DNA of 64,000 nucleotides from Burkholderiales bacterium (GCA_038208735.1 JBBQYL010000001.1:489-64488); one strand, 5' to 3'; shown: positions 9,101 to 17,632, counted from the stretch's first letter. Numbers and translations are program-made. Notes: generated from the sequence alone by a model not told the origin.

Positions 9101-10354
9101 ATGCCCGCCTCCTTCCTGCTGCTGCTCGCGGCCCAGTTCATGTCGGCGCTGGCGGACAACGCGCTGCTCATCGTCACCATCGACCTGCTGCAACAGCGGG
9201 CGATGCCCGCGTGGCTCGCGCCGATGCTCAAGGGGGCCTTCATCGCGGCCTATGTGGTGCTCGCGCCGTTCGTCGGGCCGCTGGCCGATTCGCTTCCCAA
9301 GGCGCGGCTGATGGCGTGGATGAACGCGGTCAAGATCGGCGGCGTCGCGGCACTGATCTTCGGCGTGCATCCGGTGGCGGCCTTCCTGGTGGTGGGACTC
9401 GGCGCCGCGGCCTATGCGCCGGCCAAGTACGGCCTGGCCACCGAGCTCGTGCGGCCCGACCAGCTGGTGGCGGCCAACGCCTGGATCGAGACGACAGCGG
9501 TGTGCGCGGTGCTGCTGGGCACCGGCCTGGGCGGATTCCTGGTCAGTCCGTGGCTGCTGGCGCACGCCGGCCACGGCGTGGCCGATGCGTTCACTCCCGT
9601 GCTGCCGTCGCTGGCGATCCTGCTGGGCGTCTACCTGCTCGCCGGCATCCTCAACCTGGGCGTGCCTGACAGCGGCGTGCGCCACGCCATCGCGTCCCTG
9701 CATCCCCGCGCGATGGTGCGCGACTTCGTGCAGTCCAACCGCAGGCTGTGGCGCGATCCCGAGGGCGGGCTGTCGCTGGCCGTCACCACCATCTTCTGGG
9801 GCGTGGGCGCCACGCTGCAGTTCGCCGTGCTGCGCTGGGCGCGCGAGAGCCTGCACCTGAGCCTGGACCGGGCCGCGTTCGTGCAGGCCGCGGTGGCGGT
9901 GGGCGTGATCGGCGGCGCCGTGGCGGCGGGTCGGTGGGTGCCGCTGGCGCACGCCAGGCGCATGCTGCATGCGGGCGTGCTGTTCGGCGTGCTGATGATC
10001 GCGGTGCCCTTCATCACCGACCTGGCCCTGGCCGTGGCGGTACTGATCGGGGTGGGCGCCGTGGGCGGGCTGATGGTGGTGCCGCTGAACGCGCTGCTGC
10101 AGGATCGCGGCAACGCGCTGCTGAGCGCGGGCCGGTCGATCGCGGTGCAGGGTGGCAACGAGAACGCCAGCGTGCTGGCATGCCTGGGCGTGTACTCCAC
10201 GCTCGTGGCGTTCGACGTGCCGCTGGCCGCGCTGATGGCCGGCCTGGGCGTGTGCGTGGCGGCCGCGTTGACCGCGATCATCCTGCGCCAACGCGCGCGT
10301 GAGCGCCGCGCGCTCCTTCAGACCGACGAGTGGCGTGCGGGCGTGAACGCGTAG
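9101..10354 (+). CDS. lplT: Lysophospholipid transporter LplT (MFS)
   Basis: AQFMSALADNALL, AYAPAKYGL-TEL, VVPLNALLQDRG, GRSIAVQGGNEN. Confidence 0.8.
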   Translation: MPASFLLLLAAQFMSALADNALLIVTIDLLQQRAMPAWLAPMLKGAFIAAYVVLAPFVGPLADSLPKARLMAWMNAVKIGGVAALIFGVHPVAAFLVVGLGAAAYAPAKYGLATELVRPDQLVAANAWIETTAVCAVLLGTGLGGFLVSPWLLAHAGHGVADAFTPVLPSLAILLGVYLLAGILNLGVPDSGVRHAIASLHPRAMVRDFVQSNRRLWRDPEGGLSLAVTTIFWGVGATLQFAVLRWARESLHLSLDRAAFVQAAVAVGVIGGAVAAGRWVPLAHARRMLHAGVLFGVLMIAVPFITDLALAVAVLIGVGAVGGLMVVPLNALLQDRGNALLSAGRSIAVQGGNENASVLACLGVYSTLVAFDVPLAALMAGLGVCVAAALTAIILRQRARERRALLQTDEWRAGVNA

Positions 10355-11529
10355 CCGGCCACGGGCTCGACGCGGCGCATCACGCCGGCCATCACGCCTT
10401 CCACCTGCGCGGCGATGCTGTCCCAATCGAGCGGCAGCACGCTGGTGCGGGCGCGGGCGCCCAGCACGCGGCAGTTGCCGAGGTCGCTGGCGGTGCGTGC
10501 CGCCGTCGTCACGAACGCGGCGTCGTCTTCGTAGGGCACGAGGGCGCCGTTCTCGCCGTGGCGGATCAGGCGTCCCGCGGCGGCGTAGTCGAACGCGACC
10601 ACGGCCAGGCCGCTGGCCATGGCCTCGGTGGTGACGTTGCCGAAGGTCTCGGTGACGCTCGGAAACAGGAACAGGTCGGCCGACGCGTAGTGCGCCGCGA
10701 GGTCGTCGCCGCCGCGCTGGCCGGCGAAGATCGCGTCGGGGCAGTGCGCCTGCAGCTCTCTGCGCATCGGGCCGTCGCCCACCAGCACGAGGCGGGCGCG
10801 CGGCTGCTGGCGGCGGATCGCGTCGAACGCCGTCACCAGCGTCCTCAGGTTCTTCTCGGGCGCCAGCCGGCCTACGCAGGTGACCACCAGGTCGTTCGGC
10901 GCCGCGCCCCAGCGCGCGCGCAGCGCCTCGCTGCGGTGGGCGACGTCGAAGCGGCGCACGTCCACGCCGCGCGCCACCTGCGTCAGGTCGCGGAAGCCGG
11001 CGGCCTGCAGGTCGTCGTGCAGCGCCTGCGACGGCACCATCGTGCACTGTGTCGCGTTGTGGAAGCGGCGCAGGTAGGCCATGATCGGCCGGCGCAGGAA
11101 GCCGAAGCCGTAGTGCTTGCTGTAGGCGTGGAAGTTGGTGCGGAAGTCGGAGCATACCGGCAGGCCCAGCGCCCGGGCGGCCAGCAGCGCCGAGCGGCCC
11201 AGCGGGCCTTCGGTGGCGATGTGCACCACGTCGGGCCGCTGCTCGCGCCACAGCTTCACCAGCGCGCCCTTGCACGGCAGGCCCATGCGCAGGCCGGCGT
11301 AGTTGGGAATCGGCACGCCGCGCACCAGCACGTCGCCGCGGGCGTCGCCGGAGGCCGTGGGGGCCGAGTCGGCGGGCTGGCGCGGTCGCACCACCTGCAC
11401 CGTGTGGTCGCGCTCGCGCAGGGCCTGCACGAGGCGCGCGATGGTCATCGACACGCCGTTGACCTCGGGCGGATAGGTCTCCGTCACGCAGGCGATTCGC
11501 AGGGGTCTGTGGCCGATGTCTGTTCTCAC
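10318..11529 (-). CDS. GT4 (GT-B) glycosyltransferase, Agt/MgtA-like glycolipid synthase candidate
   Basis: RIACVTETYPPEVNGV, VVHIATEGPLG, FLFPSVTETFGNVTTEAMASGLAVV. GTG at 11529 has a GGAGG RBS, so it is preferred over the ORF-track TTG at 11583. Confidence 0.9.
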   Translation of the reverse strand: MRTDIGHRPLRIACVTETYPPEVNGVSMTIARLVQALRERDHTVQVVRPRQPADSAPTASGDARGDVLVRGVPIPNYAGLRMGLPCKGALVKLWREQRPDVVHIATEGPLGRSALLAARALGLPVCSDFRTNFHAYSKHYGFGFLRRPIMAYLRRFHNATQCTMVPSQALHDDLQAAGFRDLTQVARGVDVRRFDVAHRSEALRARWGAAPNDLVVTCVGRLAPEKNLRTLVTAFDAIRRQQPRARLVLVGDGPMRRELQAHCPDAIFAGQRGGDDLAAHYASADLFLFPSVTETFGNVTTEAMASGLAVVAFDYAAAGRLIRHGENGALVPYEDDAAFVTTAARTASDLGNCRVLGARARTSVLPLDWDSIAAQVEGVMAGVMRRVEPVAGYAFTPARHSSV

Positions 11530-11579
11530 GGAAGGCGCCTCCGAATCGTTGCGGTCGCGGTCGATGATGACCCGTGCTC

Positions 11580-11597
11580 GCAACAGATCGATGACAG
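11580..11597 (-). promoter_or_regulatory. Weak PHO-box-like site upstream of the GT4 gene
   Basis: Minus strand reads CTGTCAT-CGAT-CTGTTGC. Confidence 0.35.
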
Positions 11598-11645
11598 TTC
11601 CGAGTCAATTCATGCCGTCGGCGGACACGGCGCTTTCATATTTGG

Positions 11646-11663
11646 CGGTCACCATCCTGTCAC
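11646..11663 (+). promoter_or_regulatory. PHO-box-like site upstream of the Mpo1-like/aminotransferase/psd operon
   Basis: CGGTCAC-CATC-CTGTCAC, 11-bp spacing, 45 nt before the start codon. Confidence 0.5.
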
Positions 11664-11707
11664 GCCGCGCCGGTCGTCGCCGCCGGCGAACTCCCCAGAG
11701 GAACCCC

Positions 11708-12322
11708 GTGAACAACTTCATGCAAACCCTGCGCACGCTGCGGTGGGACGATCACCGCTTCTATCACCACAGCACCATCAACCAGAGCCTGCACTTCATC
11801 AGCGCGATCACGTTCTGCATCGCCTATGCGCTGCTGTTCGTCGACCCGGCCATCGCCGCCATCCTGGCGTGGACCGTATCGATGACCACGCGCCAGGCCG
11901 GCCACTTCTTCTTCGAGCCGCGCGGCTACGACGAGGTGAACCAGGTCTCCGACGCGTACAAGGAAGCGGTCAAGGCCGGCTACAACATCCGACGCAAGAT
12001 CGTGTTGATGGCGATCTGGGTGGCGATTCCCGCCACGCTGTGGTTCGCCCCGTCGCTGGGTGGCCTGATCCAGCCGCACACCGACCTGCGCGGCTTCGTG
12101 CACGACGTGGGCATCGCCTGGCTGTCGCTGGGCGCCGCGGGCCTGGCGGTGCGCGTGCTCCAGCTGTGCATCACACGCAACGCGACCGAAGGCCTGGCCT
12201 GGGGCTTCAAGATCATCACGGATCCGTTCATGGACATCGCGCTGTACCACAAGGCCCCGCTGAAGCTGGTGCGCGGCCAGATGATCTCGTCGGTGTCGTC
12301 GCCGAGCGCGACCGCGCACTGA
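11708..12322 (+). CDS. Mpo1/DUF962-like integral membrane protein
   Basis: HRFYHHSTINQSLH and QAGHFFFEP His motifs plus TM helices. GAGGA RBS before GTG 11708. Confidence 0.7.
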   Translation: MNNFMQTLRTLRWDDHRFYHHSTINQSLHFISAITFCIAYALLFVDPAIAAILAWTVSMTTRQAGHFFFEPRGYDEVNQVSDAYKEAVKAGYNIRRKIVLMAIWVAIPATLWFAPSLGGLIQPHTDLRGFVHDVGIAWLSLGAAGLAVRVLQLCITRNATEGLAWGFKIITDPFMDIALYHKAPLKLVRGQMISSVSSPSATAH

Positions 12323-12350
12323 GAAATCGACAACAGCCCGTCGCGCCCCC

Positions 12351-14009
12351 ATGGAACCCACCACCTTCGCCCTCTCCGCGTTGATGCTCGCCGCGTTGGC
12401 CGTCATGGCCCCGCGCGCCAAGCGTCGTCTCGAACTCTCGCGAGCCAAGCACGCCTCGCTGACCGGCCATTCGAAGATGGCCAAGCGAATCGCGGGCCTG
12501 CTGCCCGGCTACGCCTACGACGAGGTGCGCTTCTTCGGCTCGGACGGCGCCCCGGCGGAGTTCCAGCAGCGGCGCCGCGCCGGCTTCGAGAAGCTGGCCA
12601 CGCTGTATCGCGAACGCTTTCCGAAGAGCGCCGCGCTGACGGCCCAGGCCAGCACCGGCATCTCCGACCTGCAGTTCACCGGCAGCTACCGTGTTCCGTA
12701 CCAGTACAGCCCGTATCTGCGCCAGCACCTGAAGACGGGCAGCTTCCTGCAGTCGTCCAGCGGCGTCACCGTCCAGGACCTGGACGGCAACCGCTTCCAC
12801 GACCTCACCGGCTCGTACGGCGTCAACCTGTTCGGCTATGACTTCTACAAGGAGTGCATCGCCGAGGGCGCGCGTCGCGTCGCCGAACTGGGTCCCGTGC
12901 TGGGCGCGTATCACCCGGTGCTGGTGGACAACGTGCGGCGCCTCCAGCGCATCTCCGGGCTGGACGAGGTGTCGTTCCACATGTCCGGCACCGAGGCCGT
13001 GATGCAGGCCGTGCGCCTGGCGCGCTATCACACGAGGAAGAAGTACCTGGTGCGCTTCTGCGGCGCCTATCACGGCTGGTGGGAGGACGTGCAGCCCGGA
13101 CCCGGCAATCCGCTGCCCCCGCGCGAGACGTACACGCTGGAGGAGATGAAGGCCGGGACGCTGAAGGTGTTGCGCACTCGCCAGGACATCGCCTGCGTGC
13201 TGGTCAACCCGCTGCAGGCGCTGCATCCCAACGCCGCGGCGCCGGGTGACTCGTCGCTGGTAGATAGCGCGCGCCGCGCGAAGTTCGACCGTGCCGCGTA
13301 CACCGAGTGGCTGAAGCAATTGCGACAGGTCTGCACCGAACGCGGCATCGTGCTGATCTTCGACGAGATATTCGTCGGCTTCCGGCTGGCGCCCGGCGGC
13401 GCGCAGGAGTACTTCGGCGTCCAGGCCGACATGGTCACCTACGGCAAGTCGCTGGGTGGCGGGTTGCCGGTGGGCGTGGTGTGCGGCAGGCGCGAGCTGA
13501 TGAAGCGCTTCCGCGAGGATCGCCCTGCCGACATCTGCTTCGCCCGCGGCACCTTCAACTCGCACCCGTACGTGATGGGCGCGATGAACGTGTTCCTCGA
13601 GCGCCTCGAGGGGGACGACGTCAAGGCCATGTACGACGGCGTCGACCAGCGCTGGAACGATCGAACGGCGCGCTTCAACGAGCGCCTGGAGGCGGCCGGC
13701 GTGCCGGTGCGCGCGGCCAACATCCAGTCGATCTGGATGGTGATGTACGAGCAGCCGTCGCGCTACAACTGGATGCTGCAGTTCTACCTTCGCGCCCACG
13801 GGCTGGCGCTCAGCTGGGTGGGGACAGGCCGGCTGATCTTCAGCCTGAACTACAGCGATGCCGACTTCGACGCGGTGATCGACCGCTTCGTCGCCGCGGC
13901 CGCCGAGATGCAAGGCGACGGCTGGTGGTGGAACGATCCCGCGCAGAGCAACCGCACCATCCGGCGCAGCCTGCTGCGCGAAATGCTGCATGAGCGGTTC
14001 AGCAGCTGA
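12351..14009 (+). CDS. Class-III PLP aminotransferase (GSA aminomutase-like) with N-terminal membrane anchor
   Basis: SGTEAVMQAVRLAR, FCGAYHGWWE, LIFDEIFVGFRL, TYGKSLGGGLPVG (PLP lysine). Hydrophobic N-terminus FALSALMLAALAVM. Confidence 0.9.
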   Translation: MEPTTFALSALMLAALAVMAPRAKRRLELSRAKHASLTGHSKMAKRIAGLLPGYAYDEVRFFGSDGAPAEFQQRRRAGFEKLATLYRERFPKSAALTAQASTGISDLQFTGSYRVPYQYSPYLRQHLKTGSFLQSSSGVTVQDLDGNRFHDLTGSYGVNLFGYDFYKECIAEGARRVAELGPVLGAYHPVLVDNVRRLQRISGLDEVSFHMSGTEAVMQAVRLARYHTRKKYLVRFCGAYHGWWEDVQPGPGNPLPPRETYTLEEMKAGTLKVLRTRQDIACVLVNPLQALHPNAAAPGDSSLVDSARRAKFDRAAYTEWLKQLRQVCTERGIVLIFDEIFVGFRLAPGGAQEYFGVQADMVTYGKSLGGGLPVGVVCGRRELMKRFREDRPADICFARGTFNSHPYVMGAMNVFLERLEGDDVKAMYDGVDQRWNDRTARFNERLEAAGVPVRAANIQSIWMVMYEQPSRYNWMLQFYLRAHGLALSWVGTGRLIFSLNYSDADFDAVIDRFVAAAAEMQGDGWWWNDPAQSNRTIRRSLLREMLHERFSS

Positions 14010-14027
14010 GGACCGCATCGAAAGCTC

Positions 14028-14939
14028 ATGAAAAAACATTTCCGCCGCCTGCTTGCACAGGAAGACCTGAACTTCCTGCTCACCAATCGCGTGCCCCGCA
14101 TCGCATTGACGCACTTCATGGGCAGGTTCAGCAAGATCCGCAACCCGCTCGTCAGCAAGGCGTCGATCGGCCTGTGGAAGCTGTTCACCGACCTCGACCT
14201 GAGCGACGCCCGCCACCGCGAGTTTCGCAGCATGCACGACTGCTTCACGCGCGAGCTGATGCCGGGCGCCCGCGCGATCGATCCCGATCCCGGCGTGCTG
14301 ACGTCGCCCTGCGACGCCATCGTCGGCGCCTGCGGGCCGGTGGCGGGAAGCACCGTGTTCCAGGCCAAGGGCTTTCCGTATCGGTTGGAGGAGCTGTTCG
14401 GGCCGGGCACCGACACCACGCCGTTCCGCGACGGCCGCTTCATCACGCTGCGGCTCACGTCGGCGATGTATCACCGCTTCCACGCGCCGCACGACTGCGA
14501 CGTGAGCCACGTCAGCTACCTCAGCGGCGACACCTGGAACGTGAACCCGATCGCGCTGAAGCGGGTGGAGAAGCTGTTCTGCCGCAACGAGCGCGCCGTG
14601 CTGAGCGCGCGCCTGCGCCGAGGCAACTTTCCCATTGCCATCGTGCCGGTGGCCGCCATCCTCGTGGCCAGCATCCGGCTGCGCTTCACCGACGTGCTGC
14701 TGCACCTGAAGTACCGCGGCCCCAACGAGATCCCGGTGCAGGCCCGCTTCTGCAAGGGCGAGGAGATGGGCGGCTTCCAGCACGGCTCCACCATCCTCCT
14801 GTTCGTGCCGCCGGGCTTCGAGTTCGTCGACGGCATCGACACCGGCGCGCGCATCCGCATGGGCCAGGCGCTGATGCACCTGCCCCCATTGCCGATCGCG
14901 GCCGATTCGTCGCGCGCGCTGGAACAGGTTCCCGCGTGA
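14028..14939 (+). CDS. psd: Phosphatidylserine decarboxylase family proenzyme (pyruvoyl-dependent)
   Basis: FRSMHDCFTREL, LTSPCDA, MYHRFHAP, ERAV, GEEMGGFQHGSTI (GST self-cleavage motif). Confidence 0.88.
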   Translation: MKKHFRRLLAQEDLNFLLTNRVPRIALTHFMGRFSKIRNPLVSKASIGLWKLFTDLDLSDARHREFRSMHDCFTRELMPGARAIDPDPGVLTSPCDAIVGACGPVAGSTVFQAKGFPYRLEELFGPGTDTTPFRDGRFITLRLTSAMYHRFHAPHDCDVSHVSYLSGDTWNVNPIALKRVEKLFCRNERAVLSARLRRGNFPIAIVPVAAILVASIRLRFTDVLLHLKYRGPNEIPVQARFCKGEEMGGFQHGSTILLFVPPGFEFVDGIDTGARIRMGQALMHLPPLPIAADSSRALEQVPA

Positions 14940-15883
14940 CGCGTGCGGGAGCGGCCGCGCTCGCGCGCCGCGCGGGCGTGGCGCTCGCGTGCGTCGGGGT
15001 CGCCGTCGCGCTCGACTTCGTGCTGCGCGACCTCCGCCTGGCCGAGCTGCGCGCGGCGCTGGTGGATCAGCCGCCGATGCGCATCGTGGCGTGCCTCGCG
15101 CTCACCGCGGCGAGCTTCTGCTGCCTGGCGCTGTACGACCTGGTGGGCGTGCGCGTGGCGGCGCCCGGCCGGGTGCGTGCGCGCCTGGCCTTGCTGGCGG
15201 GCGCTTCGAGCGCTGCCATCGCCAACACGGTGGGCTTCCACGCGGTGTCGGGTTCGGCGGTGCGCGCGCACTTGTACCTGCCCGCCGGGCTGGGCGGTGG
15301 CGAGGTGGCGCGCGTCGTGTCGACGTCGTGGCTGTCGCTCGTGGCCGGCAACATGACGATGCTGGCGGGCGCCGAGCTGTTCCAGGCCGCCACCGGCGCC
15401 GATCCGGCCTGGCATGCGGCGCTGGGTGTCGCGCTGGAAGGGCTCCTGGTGACGTGGTTGTGGTGGCTGTCGCGCGGCCGGCGCGAGATCACGATGGGGC
15501 GGTGGCACCTGCCGATGCCATCGGCGTCGCTCGCGCTGCTGTTGATGGCGCTCGGCGCGGTCGAGAGCGGCACCGCCGTGGGCGCGCTGTACGTGCTGCT
15601 GCCGCCCGACCTGGCGCCGCCGTTCGACGTGTTCGCCGTGGGGTGCATCGCGGCCGTGATCCTGGGCGTGGTGTCGCACGCGCCGGGCGGGCTGGGCGTG
15701 TTCGAGGCGGGCATGACGGCGATCCTCTCCGGCCGCGGGCGGCCCGACCTGCTGGCCGCGCTGCTGCTGTATCGCCTGCTCTACAACCTGCTGCCGTTCG
15801 CGTGCGCCGTACTGGCGCTGGGCCTGCGTTCGGGCTGGCGGGCTTTGGTTGGCGTCACAAGGGCAGCGGCGCGTAACGCGTGA
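14936..15883 (+). CDS. Lysylphosphatidylglycerol-synthase TM-domain (MprF/UPF0104-like) membrane protein
   Basis: GTG overlaps the psd stop. ALYDLVG, ANTVGFHAVSGSAVRAHLY, SHAPGGLGVFEAG, LLLYRLLYNLLPF. No acyltransferase domain follows. Confidence 0.75.
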   Translation: MTRAGAAALARRAGVALACVGVAVALDFVLRDLRLAELRAALVDQPPMRIVACLALTAASFCCLALYDLVGVRVAAPGRVRARLALLAGASSAAIANTVGFHAVSGSAVRAHLYLPAGLGGGEVARVVSTSWLSLVAGNMTMLAGAELFQAATGADPAWHAALGVALEGLLVTWLWWLSRGRREITMGRWHLPMPSASLALLLMALGAVESGTAVGALYVLLPPDLAPPFDVFAVGCIAAVILGVVSHAPGGLGVFEAGMTAILSGRGRPDLLAALLLYRLLYNLLPFACAVLALGLRSGWRALVGVTRAAARNA

Positions 15884-15930
15884 GGCTGGGAGCCTGCCGG
15901 CGGGCGTGCCGGGGCGGCCCTCGCGCCGCC

Positions 15931-15958
15931 AAAAAAAACGGCCCCGCGAACGGGGCCG
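15931..15958 (-). terminator. Rho-independent terminator of the small-protein gene
   Basis: Minus strand: cggccccg-ttcg-cggggccg followed by T8. Confidence 0.8.
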
Positions 15959-15992
15959 AAACAGGACTTACAGAAATTCGGTCTGCGGTGGT

Positions 15993-16184
15993 TCAGGCAC
16001 CCGTGATGCGATGGCCCACGATGGTCACGACCCGCATTTCGGTCGCGGCCGGTTGCGTGACCTGCCCCGCGGCGGCGACGCGGTACTGGTGGGCGGCCAG
16101 GGCGTTGGTGGCCAGGAACATCGAGCCCGTCAGCAGGGCGGCGAGGGCGGCGGGGGCGATGCGGGCGGCGAAGGTGTTGGTCAT
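15993..16184 (-). CDS. Small exported hypothetical protein (63 aa)
   Basis: GGAG RBS, signal-like N-terminus ending NALA, own terminator. Confidence 0.6.
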   Translation of the reverse strand: MTNTFAARIAPAALAALLTGSMFLATNALAAHQYRVAAAGQVTQPAATEMRVVTIVGHRITGA

Positions 16185-16431
16185 GGTGAGCTCCTGGAGG
16201 GTTGCGCTGCGTTGTTCGATGGATGGACTTTAGGCAGCGCCGCTCCAGGCTGCGAGCGGCGTGCGACGACGCGCGTCGAGCGGCGGACGAACTGCAAGCC
16301 AGCGCGACGAACCGAATCCCAAGCCGCGCCGAACGGCCGATTTCGAGGCGAAATGACCCCGCGGCGCCGCCTGCGCATTGACACCGGTCCGCGCGCCCGA
16401 GCCACCGGCCGGCCGGCTGCAGAATGGCTGC

Positions 16432-17076
16432 ATGACCGAATCCACCTCCCTCCCCGCCGGCCTGTTCTCCCACGTCGACGACGGCGCGCTGCGCTGCCAG
16501 TGGTGCCGCGCCACCCCCGAGTACCGGCGCTACCACGACGAGGAATGGGGCTTCCCCGTCACCGACGAGCGCCGCCTGTTCGAGAAGATCTGCCTGGAGG
16601 GCTTCCAGGCCGGCCTGAGCTGGCTCACCATCCTCAACAAGCGCGAGGCGTTCCGCAAGGGCTTCGCCAACTTCGAGGCCGAGAAGGTGGTGCGCTTCGG
16701 CCAGGCCGACGTCGAGCGGCTGGTGGCCGACGCGGGCATCGTGCGCCACCGCGGCAAGATCGAGTCCACCATCAACTACGCCAAGCGGGTGCTGGAGCTG
16801 CGCGAGGAGTTCGGCTCGCTGGCCGCCTACGCCTGGCGCTACGAGCCGGCGGTCGACACCCGGCCGCACAAGCCCGAGACCGGCGTGGTGCTGGGGCCGT
16901 CGGCCGAGGCCGTGGCGATGTCCAAGGACCTGAAGAAGCGGGGCTGGAGCTTCGTGGGGCCCACCACCGTCTATGCGTTCATGCAGGCGATGGGGCTCGT
17001 CAACGATCACTACGAAGGATGCCATGCGCGCGAGGCGGCGTTCAAGGCGCGCAAGAAGCTCAAGAAGCCGGTTTGA
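16432..17076 (+). CDS. tag: DNA-3-methyladenine glycosylase I
   Basis: RCQWC, YHDEEWG, FEKICLEGFQAGLSWLTILNKRE, IVRHRGKI, FVGPTTVYAFMQAMGLVNDH..C. Confidence 0.95.
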   Translation: MTESTSLPAGLFSHVDDGALRCQWCRATPEYRRYHDEEWGFPVTDERRLFEKICLEGFQAGLSWLTILNKREAFRKGFANFEAEKVVRFGQADVERLVADAGIVRHRGKIESTINYAKRVLELREEFGSLAAYAWRYEPAVDTRPHKPETGVVLGPSAEAVAMSKDLKKRGWSFVGPTTVYAFMQAMGLVNDHYEGCHAREAAFKARKKLKKPV

Positions 17077-17162
17077 ACGACGCTTGCCCGTCCGTTCGAG
17101 AAATGACCGAAGGCCTTCGCCTGGCGATCTTGAAGCAACTCAACCTGGAGCGAAAGGGCTGA
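17073..17162 (+). pseudogene. hicA: C-terminal remnant of a HicA-family toxin
   Basis: REMTEGLRLAILKQLNL resembles the HicA C-terminal helix and lies directly before hicB. The N-terminal GSH region is absent. Confidence 0.62.
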
Positions 17163-17166
17163 TCGA

Positions 17167-17583
17167 ATGTTGAACTACCCTGCTCGGCTGGCGCGGGACG
17201 GAGATGGTTTCATGGTGTCGTTTCCCGACATTCCCGAGGCGTTGAGCTTCGGAAGTTCTCGGGAGGAGGCGACGGCCATGGCCACGGACGCCCTGACGAC
17301 GGCCATGGATTTCTATTTCGAGGATGGGCGCGCTGTGCCCGAGCCCTCGGATGCCAGGCGCGGGCAAGTGCTGGTCGCGCTGCCTGCAAGCGTCAGCGCG
17401 AAGGTGCTGCTGCTCAACGAAATGATGCGCCAGGATGTGCGGCCAGCCGAGCTTGCACGTCGCCTGAACGTGCGCCCACAAGAGGTGACGCGCATCACGA
17501 CGCTGTCGCACCCGACCAAGATCGATACGATCTCGGATGCGCTTTCCGCGATGGGCAGGCGCCTCGAGCTGAGGCTCGCTTAG
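17167..17583 (+). CDS. hicB: HicB-family antitoxin with C-terminal HTH
   Basis: YPARLARDGDGFMVSFPDIPEALSFGSSREEA..MATDAL, KVLLLNEM, AELARRLNVRPQEVTRI...TKIDTI. Confidence 0.9.
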   Translation: MLNYPARLARDGDGFMVSFPDIPEALSFGSSREEATAMATDALTTAMDFYFEDGRAVPEPSDARRGQVLVALPASVSAKVLLLNEMMRQDVRPAELARRLNVRPQEVTRITTLSHPTKIDTISDALSAMGRRLELRLA

Positions 17584-17632
17584 CGGTCTTGGAGCGAGAG
17601 ACCTCTGCCAGTTGCCGGCAATCTGGCGTGCA

